44,567 nucleotides of DNA from Planctomycetota bacterium (GCA_041178745.1 JBEGUT010000001.1:1-44567); one strand, 5' to 3'; positions 1 through 10,029 are shown, counted from the stretch's first letter. Translations and numbers: made by a program. Notes: a model not told the origin generated them from the sequence alone.

Positions 1-280
1 TCGATCAATTCTTTTGGAAGCCCACGATTTTAGGTCTGCTTACCTAACTTGGCAATGCCAAATGATTTGCCTAAAGGATCGGTTTTAGTGGCTCGAATTT
101 CGAGCTTTGGGAGCATTTTTCGGGCAAATTCGCTGGTGTTGCCCCTTTATTGCCTGCGTAAGGCCGTTTTTTGGCAGTCGCCAATTTACTACGACTGGCC
201 GATGTCTAAGTCCAAGTTAAATATCAAGGATAGCCTCTTATGGCCATCGTACCGGCCTTTTTCCTGGATGGGTCTATCGA

Positions 281-1072
281 CTTGCTGGCAAATCAAAAAG
301 GTAAGCCAGTAAGCGGGGACAGTTTTTGTTCGAGTCGACGTGCATGACTGCTAGCAAACCACGAGGAAGAGAGGACAGTCCTTGTTCCGTGCTTGTTCCG
401 TGGATTGGTCGATTGGCTTGCTAGCGATTAAAAAAACCAACTAGAAAAACTAACTAGGACAGTCCTTGTTCGCATCGACATTCTCGCCCTGCTAGCAAGC
501 TTACGTAAGACGGCGGAAGACAGGACAGTCCTCGTTCTTTTGTTGCAGGTCGGCGCCAGTTGCTAGCAAATCACACTGAAGACCGTGAAGCGAGGACAGT
601 CCATGTTCTGCGGAGTCGTTGATCGACTTGCTAGCAAATCCTCCGCAGCAAACTGAGATACCAGGGGAAGAGAGGACAGTCCTTGTTCTCGGCTGACTTG
701 CTAGCAAATCAAAAAGGGAAACCGGGACAGTCCTGTTCGCCTTGATGTCCTCGCCCTGCTAGCAAACTTACGTAAGACGGCGGAAGACAGGACAGTCCTC
801 GTTCTTTTGTTGCAGGTCGGCGATAGTTGCTAGCAAATCCCACTGAAGACCGTGAAGGCAGGACAGTCCTTGTTCTTTGGAGTCGCTCATCGACTTGCTA
901 GCAAATCCCCCGGCAGCAAGCGGAGGTACCAGGGGAAGAGAGGACAGTCCATGTTCTTGTTCACTTGTTGAAGATTGGCTCGGCTTGATAGTTTAACTTG
1001 ATGAAGAAAGTGAAGACGGGACAGTCCTTGTTGCGTGTTGTTGCGTGGATGACAACAGCTTGCTAGCAAACT
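281..1072 (+). repeat. Mosaic intergenic repeat array A: about 11 units alternating a GGACAGTCCTTGTTC-type module with a TTGCTAGCAA-type module
   Basis: Read directly. GGACAGT cores start near 317 (degenerate), 373, 457, 523, 594, 674, 725, 790, 861, 942 and 1019. GCTAGC cores are at 350, 420, 491, 562, 630, 700, 758, 829, 897 and 1062, plus a GCTGGC variant at 284. Block about 457-690 recurs at about 724-957 (offset 267-268 bp). Confidence 0.9.
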
Positions 1073-1177
1073 ATACAGAAGTGAGGGCGGTCTTTCTTCC
1101 GGGGCTTTGTTGCCAAGAGTCGCCTCCAGAAAGTTCTTGCCGTCAGCGATGAGTCTGTACCAAAGGAACTTGCTGGC

Positions 1178-2641
1178 TCACGGTTTCACGAGCGTTTTTC
1201 TTTTAAAGATCGCCGTCCAGATACAGGGCAGTCCCCAGCCAGTTAACAGATAAAGCATCGGCAGGGCGGGGGACCGCATGCGCATGTTGCTCCAGTACAC
1301 CGCATGAACCATCGTCACGCTGAGAACCAATAGCCAGCCGACAAACCATGGGAAGCTTTTGTTGGCTGCACCGAGCTTGTAGGCGCCCAGCAGCGCCACA
1401 ACATACAGCCCGATATACCAAACGCAGATGAGCCATTTCGAGGCAGAGTCGGGGCGCGGGTTGGGAAGTGGTGTCCAGAGCCAACCAAGTCTCACCACAG
1501 CTGACCAAGTTGCGATCGCTGGTCGTTCTCTGATAGTCGCTATCGCAACTTTTTGTGCTAGCTGATCTTCAATGATTTCGCGATGAAGTTTAGAGTCTAA
1601 GTGATTGCGACTTGTCTGGTCGCTTTTTTTCTCCTTGCTGTTAGAAGGCGTTTCGCTCGACAGGCCACTCGCATCGGTCGCGACGTTTTGTTTTGTACGC
1701 ACCGCTTGATGCCAAAAGTCTTCTGACATCGGATCCATCGTGTCACGATTTGCCCATAACTTGTGAAAGCGATCCTCGTCCCAATCGCGAGAGAGGGAGC
1801 CGGAAGCGAGATGATCATACAGAATCGGATTGTTGGCGAGCAGCAAGGTGTAGCCGCCATGAGTAGTCGCCCAAATCGGTTTTCCTATTTCTCTTTGATT
1901 ACGGATCATCCATGGTGCGATAATAGTCATCGCGCCGATCAAGATCGCCGCGGTTGCACGCATTTTTGCGCCGCGCTCGGCTCGCATCGAAGTGATAATC
2001 GAGCCATTGAAAATCGCGCTGGCGAGAAAGGTTAGAAGAATCAAGCCAAGCCAAACGATTGCCGTAGGTCTTGTGAGCGTTGCAATGCCGAAACTCATTC
2101 CAGCGATCAGACCGGCAAGCAGCATCGAAGAGTTTGTTTTGTCTCTCGAATCAGTATCTTCAAGAGTGTCGTAAACTTGAATGCAGAGCCACCATGAAAG
2201 CAGAGCAAGTGTTGTTGCCAACGTCTCGGTCATTAAGAGTTGGCTTTGACGGACAAGCAACGGATCAAAAGAGAAGGCGATAGCGATCAGTGAAATATAA
2301 GGTACAGCGAGTCTCCGCCCGATGAGCAACAAAAACCCAGCAGAGCAAGTTGCCGAGAGCGAGTGAAGAATACCGATGGCCATGACGGATGGTTGGCCGA
2401 AAAGTTTTATCGCTAAAGCTATTGCTGCTGGATAAAGTGGCGGTCGAAAAGCGGTCGGCTGTACCGCTCCGTTTGCATCGGCGAAGCCAAAGGTGCTCGA
2501 TGCTGCGAGTTGTTTCGCCAGCGTCAGGTAGCTATCTGGATCGGTAAGTAAAATGGTCGCTGGAATTGCGATAACAGCCAAGCGAAAAATGAAGACCGCA
2601 CTGAGCAACCACCAATCGCCACGAATCACGGCGAGCACCAT
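1178..2641 (-). CDS. Polytopic membrane protein, GT-C fold glycosyltransferase family 39 / ArnT-PMT-like
   Basis: 487-aa ORF with many hydrophobic helices. The N-terminal region (TDPDSYLTLAKQLA...FRPPLYPAAIAL) looks like PMT_2/ArnT-type proteins. It overlaps the upstream gene by 16 nt on the same strand. Confidence 0.6.
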   Translation of the reverse strand: MVLAVIRGDWWLLSAVFIFRLAVIAIPATILLTDPDSYLTLAKQLAASSTFGFADANGAVQPTAFRPPLYPAAIALAIKLFGQPSVMAIGILHSLSATCSAGFLLLIGRRLAVPYISLIAIAFSFDPLLVRQSQLLMTETLATTLALLSWWLCIQVYDTLEDTDSRDKTNSSMLLAGLIAGMSFGIATLTRPTAIVWLGLILLTFLASAIFNGSIITSMRAERGAKMRATAAILIGAMTIIAPWMIRNQREIGKPIWATTHGGYTLLLANNPILYDHLASGSLSRDWDEDRFHKLWANRDTMDPMSEDFWHQAVRTKQNVATDASGLSSETPSNSKEKKSDQTSRNHLDSKLHREIIEDQLAQKVAIATIRERPAIATWSAVVRLGWLWTPLPNPRPDSASKWLICVWYIGLYVVALLGAYKLGAANKSFPWFVGWLLVLSVTMVHAVYWSNMRMRSPALPMLYLLTGWGLPCIWTAIFKRKTLVKP

Positions 2642-3774
2642 TTCGGATCAGGTTGGTTTTCGATCTTTGCAGGGCTTCCCTGCAATTGATTAATGCTAGA
2701 TCGCTTTTCAGCAACCGCTTCGGGGGTCATTAAGATTTCCAATTGCAAGCAGAATTCCTTTTGTTCGCCAGGTGCGAGAGGAACGATGCGCTGTTGTTCT
2801 TCTTCGAAACCGCGAGCATTAGGGAAACCGGTCGCGGGCTCAAGTCCCGTGACGTATCCATCACGTTCGGCTACGGTATTTTTCCAAAGAATGAAGAAGG
2901 GGAGTGTGTCTGTGCGACTACTGACCGACACTCCCAACGATTCAGCCGCGTTGGTAAGGACGGCAGTGGTCCACTTATTTGAATCGGCAATTGGCTGCGT
3001 GAAGTAAACCTGCTCCTGATAGCCGGCTACAGGTTCGGTAAATGAGTTCCATGTCGCTGCATCTTTAGCGGCATGTGCGTTGCGTGGTACGACGCGACGA
3101 GTGGGTACATAAACATGCGAACCACCTTCAAGGATCGGTCGGCCTATGTTGATGTGATAAAGTAGCTGCATGCTCGAAGGCCGCGCCGATGCATTCATCA
3201 CTGTGTCGTTGATATCGATCGTGCGGCTATTGATTCGCAAGCGATAAGTGGTCTTGATGCGGAGATCATAAATCAGAAAGCGTGATTCGCAGGTAACGGT
3301 CTCAATAGTGATCTCACCTGCTTCGGTATCGACGTTGAGTTCTACATACTCGACAGGGAGGTTGGCGATGCGACCATGAAGCGGGTACTGCAAGTGACCT
3401 TGAGCATTGAATTGAGGTGCTCCATTGCTTTGTAGACCGCAGCGAACGAGTAGTTCATCGAATCCTTCCAGCCAACCGATTCCACTGGGGTCGAAGATCG
3501 GCACGAATTGCGGGTGCACTGGCCCACGCGTTGGTGAGCTCCAGCCGATTTCGATACCATCGCATGAAATTTTCCAAATCCCCATACCGCGAGATGGAAG
3601 AAAGGTGACTTCCATCGGGCCGGTATTGACCCGCAACATCTCGACTCCTTCGCTACGGGCGCCATGAAGACGATCCCAATAAACTTCAAAGTTTCCTTTG
3701 TCGGTTTCGATTTGGGTCGGCGGATGCGATTCTCGATCGAACCAATCAAGTAGAGTCCAAGAGAGTTTGGTCAT
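2626..3774 (-). CDS. Aldose-1-epimerase-like (DUF4432-type) protein
   Basis: 382-aa ORF. The segment GWLEGFDELLVRCGLQSNGAP...YPLHGRIANLP matches my memory of the DUF4432 / galactose-mutarotase-like fold. It is divergent from a sugar isomerase cluster. Confidence 0.6.
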   Translation of the reverse strand: MTKLSWTLLDWFDRESHPPTQIETDKGNFEVYWDRLHGARSEGVEMLRVNTGPMEVTFLPSRGMGIWKISCDGIEIGWSSPTRGPVHPQFVPIFDPSGIGWLEGFDELLVRCGLQSNGAPQFNAQGHLQYPLHGRIANLPVEYVELNVDTEAGEITIETVTCESRFLIYDLRIKTTYRLRINSRTIDINDTVMNASARPSSMQLLYHINIGRPILEGGSHVYVPTRRVVPRNAHAAKDAATWNSFTEPVAGYQEQVYFTQPIADSNKWTTAVLTNAAESLGVSVSSRTDTLPFFILWKNTVAERDGYVTGLEPATGFPNARGFEEEQQRIVPLAPGEQKEFCLQLEILMTPEAVAEKRSSINQLQGSPAKIENQPDPKWCSP

Positions 3775-4060
3775 GGGCTGGTCCTAAAAAGCGACGATGG
3801 CGATCCTTTTCCGCGATGTCGCAGATTATAGCCAAAGCGTTTTGGGGGAGGTGGGGTGAGCCAGATCTACCGTTCGGCATAAATCTAATCCTAAATGGGG
3901 GTTTTTGGGTGGATAGGCCCCCATCGAATACTTGCCGACAACCGATTGGGCGAATACAACCACACCAATATCGTTTTTCCTTAAACCTGAGGGCTTGAGG
4001 AAAAGTTATGCGGCTCGCCGATGAATGTGCGTTTTTTAAAAGCGTTAGAGAATTTCAATC

Positions 4061-5320
4061 ATGACAACCGTGCGTTTGGATGAAGGTTTGGTCAAAGGGG
4101 ATAGTGTTTCGAAGATCTTGCAGCGAGCTTTGGATGCAGGTGAAGGTTTGTTGCGACTGACACCAACCTGGGTACCTCGCAGTTTCTTGCATCCTGGTCG
4201 CCGCATTAAACTTTTTCCTGGCGATCTTTACGCGTTTGGAGCAGACCGTGGTGGTATCGATGAGCGTTGGTTTGCCAGTACCACGGAAGCGGCTAACGAC
4301 GGTCGCGTTTGGCATGAAGGTTTGAGCTTCTGCTTGTTCGAAGGGCAAAAGTTTTTGCTCAAAGATGCAGTCGCTGAAGCGGGAGCACGGTTGATCGGCA
4401 ATTCAATTTTCGGCAAGTACAACCGCTGGCCCGTCTACTCGAAGTTCTTCGACAACATGGGGCCAATTCCTCACCACATGCACCAGTCGCAGAAAGATGC
4501 GGCGCTTGTGGGACAGGAAGGAAAACCCGAAAGCTATTACTTCCCGCCACAATACAACAACGTTGACAACAACTTCTGTTACACCTTCATGGGCCTAGAG
4601 CCTGGAACGACCAAAGAAGATTTGCGTCGTTGTTTGGCTAACTGGAATAAAGGTGATAACGGTATTTTGGATCTGTCCCGAGCTTACCGTTTGAAGCGTG
4701 GTACCGGTTGGTTGATTCCCCCAGGTGTTTTGCATGCACCAGGCTCGCTCTGCACGTACGAGCCTCAGTGGGGCAGTGACGTGTTTGGTATGTTCCAATC
4801 GATCGTCGAAGGTCGCTATGTACCTTGGTCATTGTTGGTCAAAGATATGCCGAAGGATAAGCATCAAGATCTCGACTTCATCATCGGCCAGCTCGACTGG
4901 GAAAAGAACGTAGATACACATTTCAAGGACAGTAATTACATCGAACCGATTGTCGATAGCGAACGAAGTGGTCCCGGTTATACCGACAAGTGGATTGTTT
5001 ATGGATCGATTGACAAGCAGCAATTGTTCTCGGCTAAGGAGTTGACCGTCGAACCAGGTGCGAGGTGCATACTCAAGGATCCAGGCGCCAGCGGTTGGAT
5101 CACTGTGCAGGGCAAGGGAACTATCGGCAAGCTCGCTTTACAAACACCTGCGATGATTCGTTTCGGAGAGAACACTGAGGACGAAGTGTTTATTTCGCAC
5201 GAAGCTGCTACTCGGGGTGTAGAAGTGGTCAACACGGGCGCTGAGCCGCTGGTAGGTCTTCGTTACTTTGGTCCAGACGTTCACGCGAACATGCCAGCCA
5301 ATGGCGCATGGAAGAAGTAG
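4061..5320 (+). CDS. Cupin-type sugar isomerase-like protein (phosphomannose-isomerase-like); function uncertain
   Basis: 419-aa ORF with His-rich GPIPHHMHQSQ and a later WLIPPGVLHAPGS...YEPQ, resembling metal ligands of PMI-type cupins. The ORF is solid; the family call is tentative. Confidence 0.45.
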   Translation: MTTVRLDEGLVKGDSVSKILQRALDAGEGLLRLTPTWVPRSFLHPGRRIKLFPGDLYAFGADRGGIDERWFASTTEAANDGRVWHEGLSFCLFEGQKFLLKDAVAEAGARLIGNSIFGKYNRWPVYSKFFDNMGPIPHHMHQSQKDAALVGQEGKPESYYFPPQYNNVDNNFCYTFMGLEPGTTKEDLRRCLANWNKGDNGILDLSRAYRLKRGTGWLIPPGVLHAPGSLCTYEPQWGSDVFGMFQSIVEGRYVPWSLLVKDMPKDKHQDLDFIIGQLDWEKNVDTHFKDSNYIEPIVDSERSGPGYTDKWIVYGSIDKQQLFSAKELTVEPGARCILKDPGASGWITVQGKGTIGKLALQTPAMIRFGENTEDEVFISHEAATRGVEVVNTGAEPLVGLRYFGPDVHANMPANGAWKK

Positions 5321-5387
5321 TCTTCTCTTTTTCTATCGCTGTTTACATCTTTTCTTTTTACTTTGAAACTTGGAGTTCGATTGTCAT

Positions 5388-6422
5388 ATGACTCAACATG
5401 CGATGCCCAAGCTGCATAATGCGATGTGGCCTGGTTTAGTGGGTAAGGGAAATGAACCGGGTCAGGAGCCGCCGATCAGTCTGGAGAAGATGCTCGATTT
5501 GACTGCGGCTGCGAACGTTAACGGTCGCAAGTTTGATGGGATCGATTATTTCCTCTTTCTTCCACACACCGATCCAAACGCGAGTGACTCTGAGCTCAAT
5601 CGTATCGCTGATATGATCGCGTCGAAGGGTTTTTCGGTTGGATCGTTGGTCGCGCCTGTGTGGCCGGGTACTGTTGGTGATTCTGCGATGGGCGATGATG
5701 CAGCGCAAGAAAAATTCTTGTCCGCTGTGAAGATGGCTTGCCGCATCGCTGGTATCTTCAACAAGCATGGTGTGCGTAAGTATGGTGTGATCCGCATCGA
5801 CTCGGCAGAGTTTGGTGTTGAGAAATGGCGATCTAATGCGAAGGCTAACACCAGTCGTATCGCAGACACTTTCCGCAAGGCTGCCAAGATCGCTGCTGAT
5901 CATGGCGAGCGATTAGCGGCCGAAGGAGAGATTTGTTGGGCCGGTATGCATTCTTGGAAGGATATGCTCGACTTGCTTGAGGCTGTCGGCATGCCAGAAA
6001 CTCTGGGCTTCCAAGCCGACTTGGCACACACCTATCTGTATCTGTTGGGCTACAACGCGCCTGAATACGCGTTGCTCAAGGATGGATACGCAGAAGCTGA
6101 GTTCTGGGCCAAGTATGAGGAGATGACCAACAAGTTGCGTCCTTGGACGATCGATTTCCATGTGGCTCAAAACGATGGTCACGTTCACGGTGCAGGTTCG
6201 CACGACAAGACCGGTAAGCATTGTCCTGCCGATGATCCGAACGGAAAGCTCGACATCGTTCGCTGCGCAGGCTACTGGCTCAAGGACGCCTCGAAGCGTG
6301 GTATTAAGCATATCTGCTGGGATGGTTGTATGTTCCCCAACGCAACTTTGGAGTCGCCGAAGACTTGGAATACCATTCTCGACACGATGATCAAGGTGCA
6401 GAACGCGCATGGCTGGTCTTGA
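5388..6422 (+). CDS. Xylose-isomerase-like TIM-barrel protein (sugar phosphate isomerase/epimerase family)
   Basis: The ORF is listed from TTG 5370; I prefer ATG 5388 (MTQHAMPKL...). Length and composition are typical of AP_endonuc_2/TIM-barrel family members that sit beside Gfo/Idh/MocA genes. Confidence 0.6.
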   Translation: MTQHAMPKLHNAMWPGLVGKGNEPGQEPPISLEKMLDLTAAANVNGRKFDGIDYFLFLPHTDPNASDSELNRIADMIASKGFSVGSLVAPVWPGTVGDSAMGDDAAQEKFLSAVKMACRIAGIFNKHGVRKYGVIRIDSAEFGVEKWRSNAKANTSRIADTFRKAAKIAADHGERLAAEGEICWAGMHSWKDMLDLLEAVGMPETLGFQADLAHTYLYLLGYNAPEYALLKDGYAEAEFWAKYEEMTNKLRPWTIDFHVAQNDGHVHGAGSHDKTGKHCPADDPNGKLDIVRCAGYWLKDASKRGIKHICWDGCMFPNATLESPKTWNTILDTMIKVQNAHGWS

Positions 6423-6447
6423 TCGTTAAGCTCACTGGTCACTTTTA

Positions 6448-6475
6448 GACCCCAGGAGGTGACTCCTGGGGTCTC
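6448..6475 (+). terminator. Perfect 12-bp stem-loop downstream of the TIM-barrel gene
   Basis: AGACCCCAGGAG-GTGA-CTCCTGGGGTCT read directly. There is no clear T-tract after it, so terminator function is uncertain. Confidence 0.5.
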
Positions 6476-6553
6476 GATAAATGTAGTTGTCGCTGCAAAA
6501 CATTTTTTAAACTGAAAATGGCTCTCTTTTCCTTTGGCTTTTGGAAATAACTT

Positions 6554-7693
6554 ATGTCGCATACACCTTTACGAATCGGTATGGTTGGCTACGGCTTCAT
6601 GGGTCGCGCTCATTCCAATGGGTACTCCCAAGCGAATCACTTTTTTGATTTGAAGTACAAGCCTGTGTTGCAAGCAGTTGCTGCTCGTAACGCTGATAAA
6701 GCTAAGGCGTTCGCAGACCAGTGGGGTTATCAATCGATTGAGACCGATTGGCGAAAGTTGGTCGAACGCAAAGATATCGACGCGATCGATATTTGCACTC
6801 CGAATAACCTTCATAAAGAAATTGCTCTCGCAGCAGCTGCCAACGGCAAAATGATTCTTTGCGAAAAGCCGTTGTCGATGAATACGGCTGAAGGCGAGGA
6901 AATGGTTGCTGCCGTGGAAAAGGCAGGGGTAGCCAACACGGTGTGGTACAACTACCGCCGTATTCCTGCTGTGTCTTTGGCGAAGCAATTGATTGACGAA
7001 GGCAAGCTGGGACGCATTTTCCATTATCGCGCTTTGTTCTTGCAGGACTGGACGATCTCCGAAGAAGTTCCACAAGGTGGAACCGCGACTTGGCGATTGG
7101 ATGCTCAGGCTGCTGGTAGCGGTGTGACTGGCGACTTGCTGGCTCACTGCATCGACACAGCGATTTGGCTCAACGGTAGTATCACTGGCGTTTCGGCAGT
7201 GACGGAAACGTTCGTTAAAGAACGTATGCATGCCGAGACCGGCAAGAAGGAAGCGGTGCACATCGATGATGCAGCAGCGTTCCTGGCGAAGTTTAAAAAT
7301 GGTTCGTTGGCGACATTCGAGTCGACTCGCTATGCCCGAGGACACAAAGCTCTCTACACGTTGGAAATCAATGGCGAGAAGGCGTCGATCAAATGGGATC
7401 TCCATGACCTTCATCGCTTGAGCTACTTTGATTATCGCGATGAAGGTCGCGTTCGCGGTTGGAGAAGCATTCACGTATCGGATGGTGATCAGCCTTACAT
7501 GAAGAACTGGTGGGTTCCCGGTTTGCAGATCGGATACGAACACAGTTTTGTGCACCAGGTTGTCGACTTCCTCAAGTCGCTTGAGACAGGTAAGCCTTGC
7601 AGTCCAACTTTCCGCGAAGCTTTGGAAACACAAAAGGTTTGCGATGCGGTTCTGCAGAGTGCGAAGTCAGGTGCTTGGGTCGGAATTTCTTAA
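6554..7693 (+). CDS. Gfo/Idh/MocA family NAD(P)-dependent oxidoreductase
   Basis: N-terminal Rossmann motif [16 protein letters not shown] and a conserved LCEKPL motif; 379 aa. Confidence 0.85.
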   Translation: MSHTPLRIGMVGYGFMGRAHSNGYSQANHFFDLKYKPVLQAVAARNADKAKAFADQWGYQSIETDWRKLVERKDIDAIDICTPNNLHKEIALAAAANGKMILCEKPLSMNTAEGEEMVAAVEKAGVANTVWYNYRRIPAVSLAKQLIDEGKLGRIFHYRALFLQDWTISEEVPQGGTATWRLDAQAAGSGVTGDLLAHCIDTAIWLNGSITGVSAVTETFVKERMHAETGKKEAVHIDDAAAFLAKFKNGSLATFESTRYARGHKALYTLEINGEKASIKWDLHDLHRLSYFDYRDEGRVRGWRSIHVSDGDQPYMKNWWVPGLQIGYEHSFVHQVVDFLKSLETGKPCSPTFREALETQKVCDAVLQSAKSGAWVGIS

Positions 7694-7720
7694 AGAACTT
7701 TCAAGGATCGGTAACGCGGA

Positions 7721-8467
7721 GTGAATTATTTTGCTCATGCCCGCCGCCATTTGCTAAGTAACCAATGGATGATGGGGCCCGGTGTTCAAGCCGGGCCCTA
7801 TTTTCTAGCGGGCGTCGCTTTGCCGGATTGGTTAAGTGTCATCGATCGCCGAGTTAGGGCTCGCAGCGAACCGGCGGCGCGATTGCTCAGGGATTCCGAT
7901 CCCCGGGTTGTCGCTGTGGCGCGTGGTATTATCCAACACCACTTTGATGATCGCTGGTTTCATCAGACCCCAGAATTTCTTGTGCTTTCCAGCCAATTCG
8001 CAGTGGAATTAAGACAGTGGCTCGACGTCGAGCAGGGTGCCCAGCCAGGATTTGTGGGGCATATTTTGGTAGAGTTATTGCTTGATTCAAGTTTGATTTT
8101 AGAAAATCCAGTAGTTCTAGACCGTTACTATAAAGCGCTTGAGCAATTGGATCCGCAGTGTGTCGAGTCAGTTGTCAATCGTGTCAGTAAGCATCCGACT
8201 GATATGGTCAGTCGACTGATTCCTCGGTTTATTCGCGAGCGCTTCTTGTACGACTACCAAGAGGACGCCAAACTTTGGATGCGACTCAACCATGTCATGG
8301 GGCGAGTGAAGTTGCCGCAGTTGCCGGCAAGTCTCATCGACTGGCTACCTGAAGCGCGGCGACGTGTCGAAGAGGCGAAGCATCAGTTGATGTGGGCTCA
8401 AGATCACGACCCTCCTTGGGATCAATTCCTCCAATCATTAGAAACCTCTCCAGATAAGGAAACTTGA
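7721..8467 (+). CDS. Hypothetical protein with a weak ACP-phosphodiesterase (AcpH/DUF479)-like N-terminus
   Basis: GTG start. MNYFAHARRHL and the later GIIQHHFDDRWFH resemble AcpH MNFLAHLHLA and HMHRRID. The similarity is recalled from memory, not computed. Confidence 0.35.
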   Translation: MNYFAHARRHLLSNQWMMGPGVQAGPYFLAGVALPDWLSVIDRRVRARSEPAARLLRDSDPRVVAVARGIIQHHFDDRWFHQTPEFLVLSSQFAVELRQWLDVEQGAQPGFVGHILVELLLDSSLILENPVVLDRYYKALEQLDPQCVESVVNRVSKHPTDMVSRLIPRFIRERFLYDYQEDAKLWMRLNHVMGRVKLPQLPASLIDWLPEARRRVEEAKHQLMWAQDHDPPWDQFLQSLETSPDKET

Positions 8468-8469
8468 TT

Positions 8470-9315
8470 ATGAAAATCGGTATGAATTTGTTGTTATGGT
8501 CCGGTGAGCTCAATGATGGATTGTTACCTATCCTCAAAGAAATAAAGAGCATGGGATTTGATGGAGTGGAGTTGCCGATTTTCAACTTGGATCTCGATTA
8601 TGCCAAATGGGGAAAGATTCTCGATGACATGGGCCTAGCGAGAACTGCGGTCACGGTTCGAAATGTTGACGACAATCCCATCTCCTCCGATGCCGCAGTG
8701 CGTGCGCGAGGTGTCGAACTCAATAAGAAGACCCTCGATTGCTGTGCCGCCGCGGGTGTTGAAAGCTTGATCGGTCCTTATCATTCCGCGCTCGGACACT
8801 TCAGTGGCGCCGGCCGAACCGAGAGCGAATGGAAGTGGGGCGTCGATAGCATGAGCCAAGTTGCTGAACATGCTGGTAAAGTGGGAGTGAAGCTTGGTAT
8901 CGAACCGCTGAATCGTTTCGAATGCTACTTCTTGAACACTCATGCCGATGCAGCTGCTTTTGCTCGCGCGGTCAATCATCCCAATTGCGGAATGATGTAC
9001 GACACTTTTCACAGCAATATAGAAGAGAAAAGTATTCCTGCGGCGCTGCAGGCTTGCAAAGATAAGCTCATTCATATCCACATCAGCGAAAACGATCGCA
9101 GTACACCAGGTGCAGGAAATATACGTTGGCGTGAAAATTTCCAAGCCATCAAGGATATTGGTTACGATGGTTGGTTGGTGATCGAAGCGTTTGGTCTAGC
9201 GCTTCCAGAACTCGCCGCAGCGACTCGTATTTGGCGACGTATGTTCGACAATGAATTGCAGCTTGCTCGTGAAGGCTTGGCGTTTATCAAGTCACAACTT
9301 GCCGCAAATCGGTAG
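8470..9315 (+). CDS. Xylose-isomerase-like TIM-barrel sugar epimerase/isomerase (ketose 3-epimerase-like)
   Basis: MKIGMNLLLWSG...GFDGVELPIF at the N-terminus, and IHISENDRSTPG / WLVIEAF near the C-terminus, are typical of this family. ATG 8470 is preferred to TTG 8464. Confidence 0.75.
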   Translation: MKIGMNLLLWSGELNDGLLPILKEIKSMGFDGVELPIFNLDLDYAKWGKILDDMGLARTAVTVRNVDDNPISSDAAVRARGVELNKKTLDCCAAAGVESLIGPYHSALGHFSGAGRTESEWKWGVDSMSQVAEHAGKVGVKLGIEPLNRFECYFLNTHADAAAFARAVNHPNCGMMYDTFHSNIEEKSIPAALQACKDKLIHIHISENDRSTPGAGNIRWRENFQAIKDIGYDGWLVIEAFGLALPELAAATRIWRRMFDNELQLAREGLAFIKSQLAANR

Positions 9316-9349
9316 TTCATAGGTTGTTACAGCAGATGGTTCTTCAAGG

Positions 9350-9381
9350 CCCAGCGATCCATAGGACTGCTGGGTTTTTTT
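9350..9381 (+). terminator. Rho-independent terminator
   Basis: CCCAGC-(13 nt)-GCTGGG followed by T7 (9375-9381), 35 nt after the stop at 9315. Confidence 0.7.
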
Positions 9382-9498
9382 GTGGGCGATGAATCTCTTG
9401 CAGTTGTTCCCTTGGTGACGTCGGTCAGTAACTTAGAGAAATTAAGAAAGTCTTCTTTTCATTGTGATAAACTCTAGTTCAATCTAGGAGAAGACTTT

Positions 9499-10029
9499 TT
9501 GAATCCTTCCCGTGTTTGCCTGTTGACGTTGGTCTGCCGCATGATCGCGTGGGGCTCTGTGTTGGCCGCACTGGGATGGGTTATTGCTTCTTACGAGTCT
9601 CTTCCCGATGTGATTCGGCTGACGCGTTGGAAGTCAGCCGATAAAAGTTGGTTTATCGCTCTGAGAGTCCCGCTGATCAATCTCTTTTCTCTTGGCTTGA
9701 TTGAGGTTCTCGGCAGATCTATAGCTCGATTAAAGGTTCCTGGTGCTGCTCAGCTTATTACTCCCGTGCTTTTGTTGACAGTGGGTATCAAGGGAGGTAT
9801 TGAGGGTTGGGAGTTAATGCATTTACCTAACCGACATTTTGCTGCGGTACTGTTGCTTGGCTTGACGGTTTTAGCGGGTGTCCTGGTCGCAAGTCGCTGC
9901 GCTGAGTCGCTTCTGAAAAACGGAAACATCGGGAAGTTGAAGCTAACAGGATTTGAGTTATTTTTAGTGACCATCTTTGTTGCAGGGATCATTCTGCTGA
10001 ACGTACCCTTGGTCACCCAGTCTCTCTAA
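9499..10029 (+). CDS. Small integral membrane protein, unknown function
   Basis: 176-aa ORF (TTG start; internal ATG alternative at 9541) with 4-5 hydrophobic segments. Confidence 0.5.
   Translation: MNPSRVCLLTLVCRMIAWGSVLAALGWVIASYESLPDVIRLTRWKSADKSWFIALRVPLINLFSLGLIEVLGRSIARLKVPGAAQLITPVLLLTVGIKGGIEGWELMHLPNRHFAAVLLLGLTVLAGVLVASRCAESLLKNGNIGKLKLTGFELFLVTIFVAGIILLNVPLVTQSL

Noticed and set aside
49-312. 87-aa ORF at the window start
   Set aside because: TTG start, no recognisable motif, odd composition, and its 3' end runs into the first repeat unit. It is probably non-coding. The first ~47 nt may be the tail of an upstream gene, but that cannot be supported.
501-1069. Listed small ORFs inside the repeat arrays (501-707, 887-1069, 19713-19967, 27488-27742, 27804-28019), all beginning MLAS/MLAT/MLAN
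   Set aside because: They start at the TTG of TTGCTAGCAA and simply read through repeat units. Their similarity to each other reflects the DNA repeat, not a protein family.
281-1072. CRISPR-array interpretation of the three repeat clusters (also 19579-20130 and 27371-27897)
   Set aside because: Two different conserved modules alternate instead of one direct repeat. Spacing is variable (10-33 nt). The spacer segments are themselves homologous between units and between arrays. The repeats are short palindromes of 9-10 bp rather than 24-47 bp. No cas genes or leader are present.
6569-7633. Long antisense ORFs inside solid genes (6569-7633, 14036-14968, 8635-9144, 5436-5903, 5913-6410, 38035-38595, 40684-41106 and others)
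   Set aside because: Each lies fully within, and opposite to, a gene with clear family motifs. The translations are Arg/Ser/Cys-rich and motif-free, as is typical of shadow ORFs.
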